39,357 bases of DNA from the NCBI GenBank assembly GCA_038319595.1, contig JBBQDJ010000001.1, forward strand, positions 1 through 39,357, written 5' to 3'. The position numbers and the translations under genes were made by a program. This DNA is from Verrucomicrobiales bacterium. GTDB lineage: Bacteria; Verrucomicrobiota; Verrucomicrobiia; Verrucomicrobiales; Akkermansiaceae. The notes under the pieces were generated by a model. That model ran no database searches, had not been told where the DNA came from, and saw nothing but the letters and a program-made list of their open reading frames with translations. How positions within the stretch are numbered: position 1 is the first letter of the stretch; each line of letters opens with the position of its first letter. Of the stretch, positions 8,020 to 17,478 are shown piece by piece.

Positions 8020-9087
8020 ATGACTCAAGACCGGTCCCTTTGCCGACTTCTCCCGTTGACCTGCCTTTCCCTGATCACTTCGTGCGCTTACATGTCCCAG
8101 ACCGGCCCGCAGAAATCGGCCATCGAGGGCGAGCAGGCGCAGTATGAATTGATCGAGGTGAAATCCCGGGCCGACCTGCCAGCGGCGGGCCGCACTTACG
8201 GCATGGGAGATATTCCTCCCCGGATCAAGGGTGGTGGCTATTCCGACAAGGTCCGGACCCGCGACAATCTCCACTTCGTCATCACCGACCTGACCGAGCA
8301 GAGTCCGTTCTTCACCCGCGGCGTGCCCTACGATTTCGGCCCGGTCGAGGTGCCGGAGGATGGGCTGGTGACCATCCCCTACGCGGGGGAAATCCAGGTG
8401 CTTAACCAAAGCCTGTCGGCCATTTCATCCAGCTTGAATGAGAAACTGAAGCCGATTTCCAACACTGCACAAGCCTCGGTGACCCGCTCCAACCGCATCT
8501 CGCGCACGGCCAACGTCATCGGAGAAGTGAAAAGCCCCGGTCCGATTCCGCTCGAAAAGAGCAACATCAGCTCGCTGGATCTGCTCGCCGCATCGGGTGG
8601 ACCGGTCGAGGCAGAGCACCTTTATAAATATACCCTGCGGCGAAATGCTCAGGACTACATATTCGACTATCAGGGATTCCGGCAACGGGCATTTCCCGTG
8701 GAAGAAGGTGACCTGCTGAGTGTCACCACGGACATGGCGAACCGTTTCTACGTGATGGGAGCCATCGTGAAACCCACCACGGTGCCGTTTCCGGTGCCAT
8801 CCCCCACCCTTGCAGACGCACTGGGTGCTGCGGCGGGATTCGACGTGCGCACCTCGGATCCATCCGGAGTGTTTGTTTTCAGAAAAGGAAATCCGGACCG
8901 GGTGTATACCGTGAATCTCAAGGATCCGGGAGCCATGTTCCTGACCCAGCGCTTTCCGATCCGGGGCGAGGATCTGGTCTATGTGACGGAGGCGCCGCTG
9001 GCCCGTTGGAACAGACTCATCGCCCAGCTCCTGCCGTTCTCGCAACTCTCGCAGGCGGCTTACAACATCGACCGCGTCTCCCAATAA
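8020..9087 (+). CDS. Outer-membrane capsule export lipoprotein (Wza/CtrA/BexD/WcbC-type OPX)
   Basis: Lipobox LITSC, PES motif VPEDGLVTIPYAGEIQV, SLBB repeats (VIGEVKSPG, YVMGAIVKP, TLADALGAAAG), DPSGVFVFR, DLVYVTEAP. ATG 8020 preferred to TTG 7990. Confidence 0.9.
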   Translation: MTQDRSLCRLLPLTCLSLITSCAYMSQTGPQKSAIEGEQAQYELIEVKSRADLPAAGRTYGMGDIPPRIKGGGYSDKVRTRDNLHFVITDLTEQSPFFTRGVPYDFGPVEVPEDGLVTIPYAGEIQVLNQSLSAISSSLNEKLKPISNTAQASVTRSNRISRTANVIGEVKSPGPIPLEKSNISSLDLLAASGGPVEAEHLYKYTLRRNAQDYIFDYQGFRQRAFPVEEGDLLSVTTDMANRFYVMGAIVKPTTVPFPVPSPTLADALGAAAGFDVRTSDPSGVFVFRKGNPDRVYTVNLKDPGAMFLTQRFPIRGEDLVYVTEAPLARWNRLIAQLLPFSQLSQAAYNIDRVSQ

Positions 9088-9103
9088 TCTGCATCTCAAT
9101 TTC

Positions 9104-9577
9104 TTGAAGATTCGCCTCCGCCAAGCCCTCGTTCCCTGCGTCCTGCTCTTCGGCTGCGCACCCATGGGCGCTCCTTACACAGGAGCGCCACCTTCCACCG
9201 TTTCCCGGAAAGTGGGAGTTTCGGCACCCGTTCCTGACGCGCCACAGCTGAAAAAACTGGCCAACGGCCACTACCGGGTCCGCAAACCCTGGACCGTGAA
9301 CCTTGGCGGCCGCCAATGGCAGGTTCCCGCCGGCTACTCCTCTAACGGCCTAACGGTGCCATCCTTCCTCAAAGGCTCCCTAGGCGATGGCGTGCAATAC
9401 AAGGAAACCTGGTCCGCGGTGTTTCATGACTGGCTCTTCACCCAGCCCGGCGTCACCCGGGCCCAAGCCGACCGGATGTTTTATGATCTGATGATCGCCT
9501 ACGGGGTTTCCGCGGAAAAGGCCCGGCTGATGTATAACACCGTCGCCGCTTATTCCCTCACTAAATCTAACCGGTAA
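9104..9577 (+). CDS. DUF1353-family lipoprotein
   Basis: Lipobox LLFGC; VPAGY..G..VP, AVFHDWLF, RAQADRMFYDLM..GV..ARLMY pattern; TTG start 16 nt after the export gene. Confidence 0.75.
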   Translation: MKIRLRQALVPCVLLFGCAPMGAPYTGAPPSTVSRKVGVSAPVPDAPQLKKLANGHYRVRKPWTVNLGGRQWQVPAGYSSNGLTVPSFLKGSLGDGVQYKETWSAVFHDWLFTQPGVTRAQADRMFYDLMIAYGVSAEKARLMYNTVAAYSLTKSNR

Positions 9578-9600
9578 TCGTTCCAACCGGAACCATCGTC

Positions 9601-10401
9601 ATGCCCGCCGCGCCTATTTCCATCCCGAAACACTCACCATGGGTGACCCAGCGACTCGTGATCGGCGCGCTTCTCAGGCGCGAGGTCTCCACCCGCTTCG
9701 GCGAATATCGGCTCGGGTTCTTCTGGATGCTTGTCGAACCCTTGCTCGGCGTGCTCACCGTCGGGGTGCTCATCGGTAGCCTCGCCCAACGCAGCGTGCC
9801 GGAAATCCCCTACCCGTTCTTTGTGCTCAACGGCTTTCTGCTGATGAAACTGCTCACCGGCCCGATGAACATGGGGATCAATGCGATCGGCTCGAACAAG
9901 GGGCTTCTGGTCTATCCGGCCGTCCGGCCGCTTGATACATTCATCGCCCGTTTCCTGTTCGAGTTGATGAGTCAGATGTTTTCCTATTCCCTGTTCTGCT
10001 TGCTGGGCATGTTCTTTGGGATTTTTGTCTCGCTGGCCAACCTACAGATCGTGCTGGCCTGTCATTTGCTCACTTGGTGCACCGGCTGCGGCCTGGGACT
10101 GATCTTCGGTGTCGCATCCGCTTATTACAATGAAGTGGACAAGCTGGTAATGATCATCCAACGCCCCCTACTTTTCATCTCAGCCGTGCTGTTCCCCTTA
10201 AGCGCGCTGCCGTTGAGCGCGCAAAATCGGCTGCTTTACAATCCACTGGTTCACACCATCGAACTGAGCCGCAAGGCGCTCTTTCCTTACTACAATGCGG
10301 GGGACGCGAACATGATCTATCCGGCCGTTTTCGCAGTCGTCGTCCTTGCCATCGGCCTCACCCTATTTTACGGGAACCGGAATTACCTGAGCCAGCGCTA
10401 G
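9601..10401 (+). CDS. kpsM: Capsule ABC transporter permease KpsM/Wzm
   Basis: VIGALLRREVSTRFG..LGFFWMLVEP, six hydrophobic segments, LYNPLVHTIELSR. Confidence 0.93.
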   Translation: MPAAPISIPKHSPWVTQRLVIGALLRREVSTRFGEYRLGFFWMLVEPLLGVLTVGVLIGSLAQRSVPEIPYPFFVLNGFLLMKLLTGPMNMGINAIGSNKGLLVYPAVRPLDTFIARFLFELMSQMFSYSLFCLLGMFFGIFVSLANLQIVLACHLLTWCTGCGLGLIFGVASAYYNEVDKLVMIIQRPLLFISAVLFPLSALPLSAQNRLLYNPLVHTIELSRKALFPYYNAGDANMIYPAVFAVVVLAIGLTLFYGNRNYLSQR

Positions 10402-10414
10402 ATCGTCCCGCCAC

Positions 10415-11227
10415 ATGATCGAAATCCGCAATCTCACGAAATACTACCCGGTCAAGGGTGGCTTGCGTTACGTTTTAAACAACGTTTCCTTAACGATCCC
10501 CAGCCGGACCAATCTCGCCATCCTCGGACCCAATGGCGCGGGAAAGTCGACGTTTCTGCGGATGATCGGCGGCGAGGAACCCGCGAACAGCGGCACCATC
10601 CTAACCGACCAGAATATCTCCTGGCCGCTTGGCCTGACTTCCGGATTCCAAGGCTCGCTAACAGGCCGCGAGAACGTCCTCTTCGTTTGCAGGATCAACG
10701 GCCTCAACTTCGACGAAACCCGCTATGTCATCAGCTTGGTCGTGGACTTCGCCGAAATCGGTGAGTATTTCGACATGCCAGTAGGCACCTATTCCTCGGG
10801 AATGAGGGGCCGTCTCAGCTTCGGATTGTCGATGGCGTTCGAGTTCGACGTCTATCTCATCGACGAACTCACCTCGGTGGGGGACACGATTTTCCGGGAG
10901 AAAGCGAAGGCAGCGTTCGAAAGCATCCGCAAGCACGCCTCATTGATTTTCGTTTCCCACAACATCAAGATGTTGAAGCAATCCTGCCAATCCGCCCTCT
11001 TCATGCGGAATGGAATGGCTGATTTCTATCCGAATATCGATGATGGCATCGAAGCCTACAACGAATACGTCAAGGAACACCGGAACAACTCGAACCCGAA
11101 AAACCGGGAGGGCAAAGACCGCACCAAATCACCTTCGGAAAAGTCCGCCAAAAAGGAACGGCGCAAAGCCCGCCGCCTCGAGAAGAAACTCAACAACCCC
11201 ACCGATCCATCCTCACCTCCAAATTGA
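10415..11227 (+). CDS. kpsT: Capsule ABC transporter ATP-binding protein KpsT/Wzt
   Basis: Walker A GPNGAGKST, ISWPLG..GFQGSLTGREN, YSSGMRGRL, Walker B YLIDE, VSHN. Confidence 0.94.
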   Translation: MIEIRNLTKYYPVKGGLRYVLNNVSLTIPSRTNLAILGPNGAGKSTFLRMIGGEEPANSGTILTDQNISWPLGLTSGFQGSLTGRENVLFVCRINGLNFDETRYVISLVVDFAEIGEYFDMPVGTYSSGMRGRLSFGLSMAFEFDVYLIDELTSVGDTIFREKAKAAFESIRKHASLIFVSHNIKMLKQSCQSALFMRNGMADFYPNIDDGIEAYNEYVKEHRNNSNPKNREGKDRTKSPSEKSAKKERRKARRLEKKLNNPTDPSSPPN

Positions 11228-12348
11228 TGAGCGCATCTTACATCCACACCGAACACAAAGCCGGATTTTCCCGGTTCATCGTCCGCACTCTCGGCGTGCT
11301 CTACGCCCTCGCGCTGGCCGCCGCCATTGCTTATCTTTGGCTCTCCACCCAGGACCGTTTCATCAGCACCGCGGAGTTCAAGATCTCGCAGCAAAACTCA
11401 TCGAGCGTGGACTCGGGCTTGCTTTCACTCGCTTTGCCGGGACTCTCCGATTCCGGGTCGGTGGACTCACAAATTGCCATCGGCTACATCAATTCGGCAG
11501 ACCTTCTGTTGGAGCTCGAAAAGCGTTTTGATCTCATCGCGCACTACACCTCGCCCAAGACCGATTACGTTTTCCGGATGAAAAAAGACGCCAATCTTGA
11601 AGAGCGTCTGGAATATTACCGAAACAGGATTATCGCCCATTTCGATTCCGAAACCGGAATGACGGTCATCACCGTGGACAGTTTCAGTCCGCAGTTATCC
11701 AAGGACATCGCGACCACCCTTTTGAAACAGGCGGAAAAATTCATCAATGTGATCAATCAACAGATCGCCGACCAGCAGCTCGGTTTTGTCCGCAGCGAGG
11801 TGGAGCACACCGCGAAACGGGTGGAGGAACTCAATAAGAAGCTGATTACCCTCCAGAATGAGAACAACCTCATCAACCCGGACGCAGTGATTTCCGCAAA
11901 CCTCCAAGCCGTCCAAGAACTCAGACTCGACCTGCTGCGCTCCGAAGCGGAATTGTCCTCCATCCTGCGTGACTCGCCCAACTCCCCGCGCATCGCCACC
12001 CTCCGTAGCCATATTCGGTCCGTCAACGAGTTGATCGACATCGAATCCGCCAAACTATCAGGTCCGGAAAAGGACCGGATGAACCAGATCCTGCTCCAGT
12101 TCAAGCAACTCACCCTTGAGATCGATTTTGCCACCCGCCTCCGCACCGGTGCCGAGACCATGCTCGAAAAGAACCGTGTCGAAGCCATCGCAAACTCCAA
12201 GTTCTTCACGGTCATCCAAGTTCCCTATCTGCCGGAGGATGTTGCGATCCCGCGCCGCACCTACTCCACGGCGGTCATTTTGGTGGTGGGGTTTCTCTTA
12301 TTCCTCATCCTCCGTGTCCTCGCCTTGTCGATTTTAGAGCGAGTCTGA
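11224..12348 (+). CDS. kpsE: Capsule export co-polymerase-like inner-membrane protein KpsE/WcbD
   Basis: N- and C-terminal TM helices around a coiled-coil periplasmic region, YINSADLL, Pro-rich motif before the last TM; directly after kpsT. Confidence 0.87.
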   Translation: MMSASYIHTEHKAGFSRFIVRTLGVLYALALAAAIAYLWLSTQDRFISTAEFKISQQNSSSVDSGLLSLALPGLSDSGSVDSQIAIGYINSADLLLELEKRFDLIAHYTSPKTDYVFRMKKDANLEERLEYYRNRIIAHFDSETGMTVITVDSFSPQLSKDIATTLLKQAEKFINVINQQIADQQLGFVRSEVEHTAKRVEELNKKLITLQNENNLINPDAVISANLQAVQELRLDLLRSEAELSSILRDSPNSPRIATLRSHIRSVNELIDIESAKLSGPEKDRMNQILLQFKQLTLEIDFATRLRTGAETMLEKNRVEAIANSKFFTVIQVPYLPEDVAIPRRTYSTAVILVVGFLLFLILRVLALSILERV

Positions 12349-12408
12349 CCTCTTGCCGCCCTCCAGCTTCCTGGGCGACTCCTCACCAGTTATCACACCG
12401 ACGAAACC

Positions 12409-13227
12409 ATGATTGATTTCCTATGCATCGGCGCACAGAAGGCGGGAACCACCTGGCTGATCGCGAATCTGAAGAAACATCCGCGGATCTGGACCCCGCC
12501 CTTCGTCAAGGAATTGCATTACTTTGATTCGGTCTATCTCGATTATGGAAAAGCCCGCGTCCTGAAAATCTATCAGAAACGCGGACGGACCATGTTAGAA
12601 AAGAATCCCGACCGGAAGGAATACTTCGAGCGCGTGCTTAACCCGGATTTCGCCTTCACCGATGACTGGTACCAGCACATTTTCTCGATCGCGCCGAAGA
12701 ATAAAATCAAAGGCGAATGCACGCCCCTCTATTCCGCCATCGGCGAGGCGGGTGCCGAGCATGTGAAGCGGCTCCTGCCCGACGTGAAGCTGATCTACAT
12801 CATCCGCGATCCGCTCGCGCGGGCGCTGTCGTCATTCCGAATGCAGCGGGACAATCGGGCGAAGCTCGAAAAGGACACGACCGGCGATCTGATGAGCCTG
12901 GTGACCAAGAAGCTGTTCAGGAAACGTGGGGACTACGCCACCAACATCCCGGCTTGGGAAAAGCACTTCGATCCACGGCAAATCCTCTACATCCCGTTCG
13001 GAGCGGTAAAAGCAAACCCCACCGGTGTGATGCGCGATGTGGAGGCGCATCTCGGGCTGCCGAAGTTCGATAAATACCCCAAGCTGACCCAAGCGGTCAA
13101 CCAGACGCGGAATGCGGGAACGACGATCGACGAGGCCATTGTCACGAAGATCAAGTCCATGGTCGAACCCCAGTATGCCTATCTAACCGATCGTTTCGGG
13201 CCTGATTTCCTGAAGCAAATCCTGTAA
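12409..13227 (+). CDS. PAPS-dependent sulfotransferase (resembles heparan-sulfate sulfotransferase domains)
   Basis: 5'-PSB loop CIGAQKAGTTWL, HPRI..KELHYFD, GECTPLY, 3'-PB motif IYIIRDPLARALS. Confidence 0.88.
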   Translation: MIDFLCIGAQKAGTTWLIANLKKHPRIWTPPFVKELHYFDSVYLDYGKARVLKIYQKRGRTMLEKNPDRKEYFERVLNPDFAFTDDWYQHIFSIAPKNKIKGECTPLYSAIGEAGAEHVKRLLPDVKLIYIIRDPLARALSSFRMQRDNRAKLEKDTTGDLMSLVTKKLFRKRGDYATNIPAWEKHFDPRQILYIPFGAVKANPTGVMRDVEAHLGLPKFDKYPKLTQAVNQTRNAGTTIDEAIVTKIKSMVEPQYAYLTDRFGPDFLKQIL

Positions 13228-13250
13228 TCCCCCCACAGAAGTTATTCCCG

Positions 13251-14003
13251 ATGTTCGCTAAAAAACAAAAAGGCAAAAAGGTCCAGAAAGTGAAGGACCA
13301 GCTCAAGAACGGAAGGTCCAAAGAACACGGATTCCTGCACATTCCGAAAACCGGAGGGTCCGGTGTGAATGCGTTCGGCCGGTCTCTTCACGAACGCGGT
13401 TACCACAGTCCGTGCGTGTTCAGCCATGGATGGAAAATGGAGGAGATCCTCGAGCACTTCCCGGACATCAGGATCAGCTTTGTTCTCCGTGATCCCCTGT
13501 CCCGCATGATCAGCGGATTCAACTCCCGGATTCGCCAAGGCCGCCCCACCTACCACAGCGTCTGGACACCTGCCGAGGCCGCCGCCTTCAACCTTTTCCC
13601 ATCCATCGGAAGACTGCTGGACGCCATCTTGGCCGATGACGAATTCAGCAAATCCGCCGTCGCCTACACGATGAAGGCCATTACCCACCTGCGTTGGAAC
13701 TATGCATTCTATTTCAAGAATCCGCAAACCATCCGAAGCCACCGTGGCAGCTTTGACCTGATCGGCTCGATGGATCACATGGACGATTTCATCAATGGCT
13801 ACACCAGGTTGGCCGGGGCTTCCGAATCTGTGGCCGCAGACCTTTACGAAAAACGTCATGAGGCCAAAGTCCGGTCGGAAGACGCGCTCGCACGATTTAC
13901 CGAAGAGGACATTTTGCGCATCAAGGACTCCATGGAAAAAGAGTACCGGATTTACGACGAACTTCTGTCCATCGCCAGCAAGTCCACCCCCCGGAAACCG
14001 TAG
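13251..14003 (+). CDS. Sulfotransferase family 2 type protein
   Basis: FLHIPKTGGSGV and FVLRDPLSRMISGF, FDLIGSMD. Confidence 0.82.
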   Translation: MFAKKQKGKKVQKVKDQLKNGRSKEHGFLHIPKTGGSGVNAFGRSLHERGYHSPCVFSHGWKMEEILEHFPDIRISFVLRDPLSRMISGFNSRIRQGRPTYHSVWTPAEAAAFNLFPSIGRLLDAILADDEFSKSAVAYTMKAITHLRWNYAFYFKNPQTIRSHRGSFDLIGSMDHMDDFINGYTRLAGASESVAADLYEKRHEAKVRSEDALARFTEEDILRIKDSMEKEYRIYDELLSIASKSTPRKP

Positions 14004-14098
14004 CCCTAACAAAAACCAGCTTTCTCGCACCGGCCATGACTGCCAACGCCGGTCTGGCCGGCCAAGCGCCGGCAAGGCGGCACCCATCATTTCTTCTC

Positions 14099-14950
14099 AT
14101 GAAAGACCCTGCGTCCTCGACCCTCCCTTCATTTCTCTGCATCGGTGCCCAAAAGGCGGCGACCTCGTGGCTATGGGTCATGCTCCGCCAGCACCCCGAG
14201 ATCTGGATGCCGCCTCTCAAGGAGATTCATTTTTTTGATCATCTTTACGTCCCCGAAAACCGTGCGTGGACCTTGAACCACATCAAGAAGGGGGTCAGCG
14301 ATGCTTTGAAATGGCATGTCGAACACGAGGCGATCCATCTGGATCACTTCAAGTATCTCGTGGACCTGGCCATGGAACGTCCTTTTACGGAAGATTGGTA
14401 CCGCTCCTGTTTCGACCGCCCGGGAGCCCATGGTAAGAAAACGGGGGATGTCACCCCGGAATACTGCACGATCCCACCGGAAGGCATCCGCCATGTGAAG
14501 GAATTGTTAGGTGAGGAGTTGAAGCTCATTTACATCATCCGCAATCCAGTGGATCGGGCGCTCTCCCAACTGAAGATGAATCTGACCCGGCGTGGCAAGG
14601 AATCTGAGGGGGTGGATTTCTGGATTGCTTCCGCCAAGGATCCTGTGATCGCGCAACGCGGTGATTACAAAACCTACATTCCGCAGTGGGAGGCGGCTTT
14701 TCCCAAGGCTAACATTCTGTATCTCCCGTACAAGCTGGTCAAAGCGGATCCGGCGAGATTCCTCAGCCAAATCGAAGCGCACCTTGGGATTTCCCGATTC
14801 CCCAGCTACTCGGGAATCGGCAACCGGGTCCACGAAACCCGTGAGGCGAAAGTTCCTTCCGCCGTCCTCCAGCATCTGGCGGAATCCCTGGCTCCGCAGT
14901 CCGGTTTCCTGAAAGAGCGCTTTGGAGAGGAATTCTATTCGCTCACCTGA
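14099..14950 (+). CDS. PAPS-dependent sulfotransferase, paralogue of 12409-13227
   Basis: CIGAQKAATSWL, HPEI..KEIHFFD, GDVTPEY, IYIIRNPVDRALS, RGDY. ATG 14099 preferred; 14036 possible. Confidence 0.88.
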   Translation: MKDPASSTLPSFLCIGAQKAATSWLWVMLRQHPEIWMPPLKEIHFFDHLYVPENRAWTLNHIKKGVSDALKWHVEHEAIHLDHFKYLVDLAMERPFTEDWYRSCFDRPGAHGKKTGDVTPEYCTIPPEGIRHVKELLGEELKLIYIIRNPVDRALSQLKMNLTRRGKESEGVDFWIASAKDPVIAQRGDYKTYIPQWEAAFPKANILYLPYKLVKADPARFLSQIEAHLGISRFPSYSGIGNRVHETREAKVPSAVLQHLAESLAPQSGFLKERFGEEFYSLT

Positions 14951-14997
14951 CGCTACGGTTGCATTCTCACCTCACCGAATCTCCCCACACGCACATC

Positions 14998-15915
14998 ATG
15001 TTCAACCGCCTGCTGCAATTTGGCAAATCGAAGAAGCTGGGGATTCTCGGTGACCGCCAGATTCATCTGCATCTGGGAGCCCACAAAACCGCCACCACCT
15101 ATCTCCAACAGATTTTGGCGACTCATAAAGAGGTCTTGCTGAAGAACGGTGTTCTTTACCTGCCTTTGGCCCAGACCCGAGTCAGCCTTTCCAAACAGAT
15201 CATCGCACTCTCCAAGGCGTCCCGGAACATCTCCAGCTTGAAATCCTGCCGCAAGACGATCCTTGATGAACTGAATAGCAAGGGCCTGGAAGGCTGCCAC
15301 ACCGTCCTGATCTCTGACGAAAATCTAATGGGAAGTCCCAGAAGATTCAAGGAGGGCACAGTTTACAACTCGATCCCGGACAATTGGAAACATGTCCACG
15401 AGGAACTTGGACCGAACATCAAGGTTTCGTTTTCGATCCGCGAATACCCCGGATTCCTTACCTCGATTTATTCGGAAATCCTCCGGAGGAATTACTATTT
15501 CCCGTTCGAAATAATCTCGGATTTTTACGGAAAATACCCCTCCTTATGGTCCGATGTTCACCAAGGCCTGAGCACTGCCTTCGGGGCGCAGAACGTCACG
15601 CTGTGGGATTTCAAGGATACGATAGCGCATCCCTACAAAGTGATTGCGATGCTGGCTGGCGTGAAGGTGCCGTTGAAAATTGTTTCAACTCCAGTTCGCG
15701 AGTCACTTTCGAAAAAGGCCATCGAGTTCATCCGGGATTTCCAGCAACTTCCGGGTAAATCCCTTCCGCCCAATCTGGTGACCGAAGTCGGCAAACGGCT
15801 CTATCCGTTAGCGGAGCATCCTGAGAAATTCGACCCGTTCGGAGCAGATGAACGGGCAGCGCTGCTCGCCCACTATCAGGCGGAGAAGGCGCAGCTGCCG
15901 GTCATGAAATTCTAA
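14998..15915 (+). CDS. Sulfotransferase-like P-loop protein
   Basis: IHLHLGAHKTATTYLQ, LISDENLMG, FSIREY..S.YSE; visibly more AT-rich than its neighbours; ATG 14998 preferred to TTG 14959. Confidence 0.72.
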   Translation: MFNRLLQFGKSKKLGILGDRQIHLHLGAHKTATTYLQQILATHKEVLLKNGVLYLPLAQTRVSLSKQIIALSKASRNISSLKSCRKTILDELNSKGLEGCHTVLISDENLMGSPRRFKEGTVYNSIPDNWKHVHEELGPNIKVSFSIREYPGFLTSIYSEILRRNYYFPFEIISDFYGKYPSLWSDVHQGLSTAFGAQNVTLWDFKDTIAHPYKVIAMLAGVKVPLKIVSTPVRESLSKKAIEFIRDFQQLPGKSLPPNLVTEVGKRLYPLAEHPEKFDPFGADERAALLAHYQAEKAQLPVMKF

Positions 15916-17453
15916 CGAATCGCCACCCCCGACGACGGGTCGGCCAGCAGCGCCTCGAACATCGCTGGGATCCGGTCGGCCGGAACCTGCACCGTACGGG
16001 CGAGGATGCGGGGCGAGATCTCGAACAACGAGGCCTTCACCCGGGTGACAACATGCGCCATCGAATCCGGCGGGATCACCTGCACCGGCAGCAGCCGTTC
16101 CGCCTTGTCAAAAACCTCAAGATCCGGGCGGGATTCCAGCGGATGAATCACCATCACCGGAATCATCGACGCCGGTGTCGCATCGACCAGGTAACGGCAG
16201 AACTGCCTGGGAAATCCGTCGCGGGTCTGCCAGCTGCGGACGGTCAGCCCCATGCGGGCCAGCTGCTCCTCGGGCATCCGGATGGCTTTCGGCGCGAAGG
16301 GCCGGCCCAGCCAGCACAGGCCGGAATGGGATTTCGTGATCCGCTCGAGTTCCTCGATGTGATCGGTGTTTTCGAGAAAAAGCATGACCACCGGACGGGT
16401 GATCGGGGAACGCACGACGGGCGGTTTTGGCAGGACTCCCTGATCATCGCCCTTGACGACAAGCACCTGCTGCTTGTCCTGATAGTAGCCGGGAACACCG
16501 GTGGTGAAGATGTGGTTCTCGTCGATCTTCGCTTGGATCAGGTCGCGGGTTTTCACCAGCGCCTTCAACTGAGGGATCGGCTTGGCGTGGCCGTCCTGAC
16601 GATAAAGGCTCTCCAGCAGAACGGATGCTTCCGGCGACACCTTGCGCACGAAGAAGTGTGGCAGCCGTCGGAGCAGCGACAGGTGATCGTTGTAGAAAAC
16701 GTAGGGCCGCCCGGCAGGTGTTAGGTGGTGGAACATCAACTGGAGATCCGCGATCTGCCACTTGGGGATGATTTTCGCGATGACCGTCTGGAAGTACGAT
16801 TCGTCTGGAATCCAGGTGGATCTGAAAAACTTCGGCACCTCGGGATGATCGCGAGTGAAATCCAGCACCTTCTTGCAGGTGGACCAGCGTAGAGTCCACC
16901 ACTGCGAACCCATGTGCGTTTTCAGGTCCATCGGCAGCCGCCGCCGGATCTTGAGTTTCCGCTGCCAGCGCACTAACCGATCAAAAGCTCTTCGGCTGGT
17001 TCTAAAGTTGAACGGATAGAAAAACCGCAGACGTTCGGAGCCGAGGCCGCCCTTGACCCAGGTTTTCTGGGTGATGTCGCAGCACTCGATGAAATCCCGG
17101 TTGGAATTGCGGCGGAGAAATTCCCTAAGCTCGGAAACCGGGCGGATCGGGAAATCCGCGCCGCTCATCAGGTGGATGTATTCCGGCTGCTTCGGGAGTT
17201 TCTCGAACTCGCGCAGGGCATGCAGCACGGCATCGACAAGGCTCCACTCACCCCAGACGCAGTGGACTTTTGAAATCACGGTGACCTGATCCGGCTTTTC
17301 CGCAGCGATCCGCGCCACGGCCTGCTGGTCCAGCTTGGTGGCGCTGGTGTCGAAATGGATGACCACACGGTTGCCATCGGTCGCCAACAGATCGACCAAG
17401 CGCCGGATGGCGTCCGGTTGGTGATGGGCGAGGATGATGAATCCGAGGTTCAT
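15912..17453 (-). CDS. GT14 (core-2/I-branching family) glycosyltransferase with a C-terminal extension
   Basis: GFIILAH, VIHFD, WGEWSLVDA, LMSGADFPIRP, GSQWWTL, IPDESYFQT, FFVRK; its stop overlaps the stop of the convergent sulfotransferase-like gene. Confidence 0.87.
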   Translation of the reverse strand: MNLGFIILAHHQPDAIRRLVDLLATDGNRVVIHFDTSATKLDQQAVARIAAEKPDQVTVISKVHCVWGEWSLVDAVLHALREFEKLPKQPEYIHLMSGADFPIRPVSELREFLRRNSNRDFIECCDITQKTWVKGGLGSERLRFFYPFNFRTSRRAFDRLVRWQRKLKIRRRLPMDLKTHMGSQWWTLRWSTCKKVLDFTRDHPEVPKFFRSTWIPDESYFQTVIAKIIPKWQIADLQLMFHHLTPAGRPYVFYNDHLSLLRRLPHFFVRKVSPEASVLLESLYRQDGHAKPIPQLKALVKTRDLIQAKIDENHIFTTGVPGYYQDKQQVLVVKGDDQGVLPKPPVVRSPITRPVVMLFLENTDHIEELERITKSHSGLCWLGRPFAPKAIRMPEEQLARMGLTVRSWQTRDGFPRQFCRYLVDATPASMIPVMVIHPLESRPDLEVFDKAERLLPVQVIPPDSMAHVVTRVKASLFEISPRILARTVQVPADRIPAMFEALLADPSSGVAIR

Positions 17454-17478
17454 GAATGCATTTGAAACGTCCGACTAC

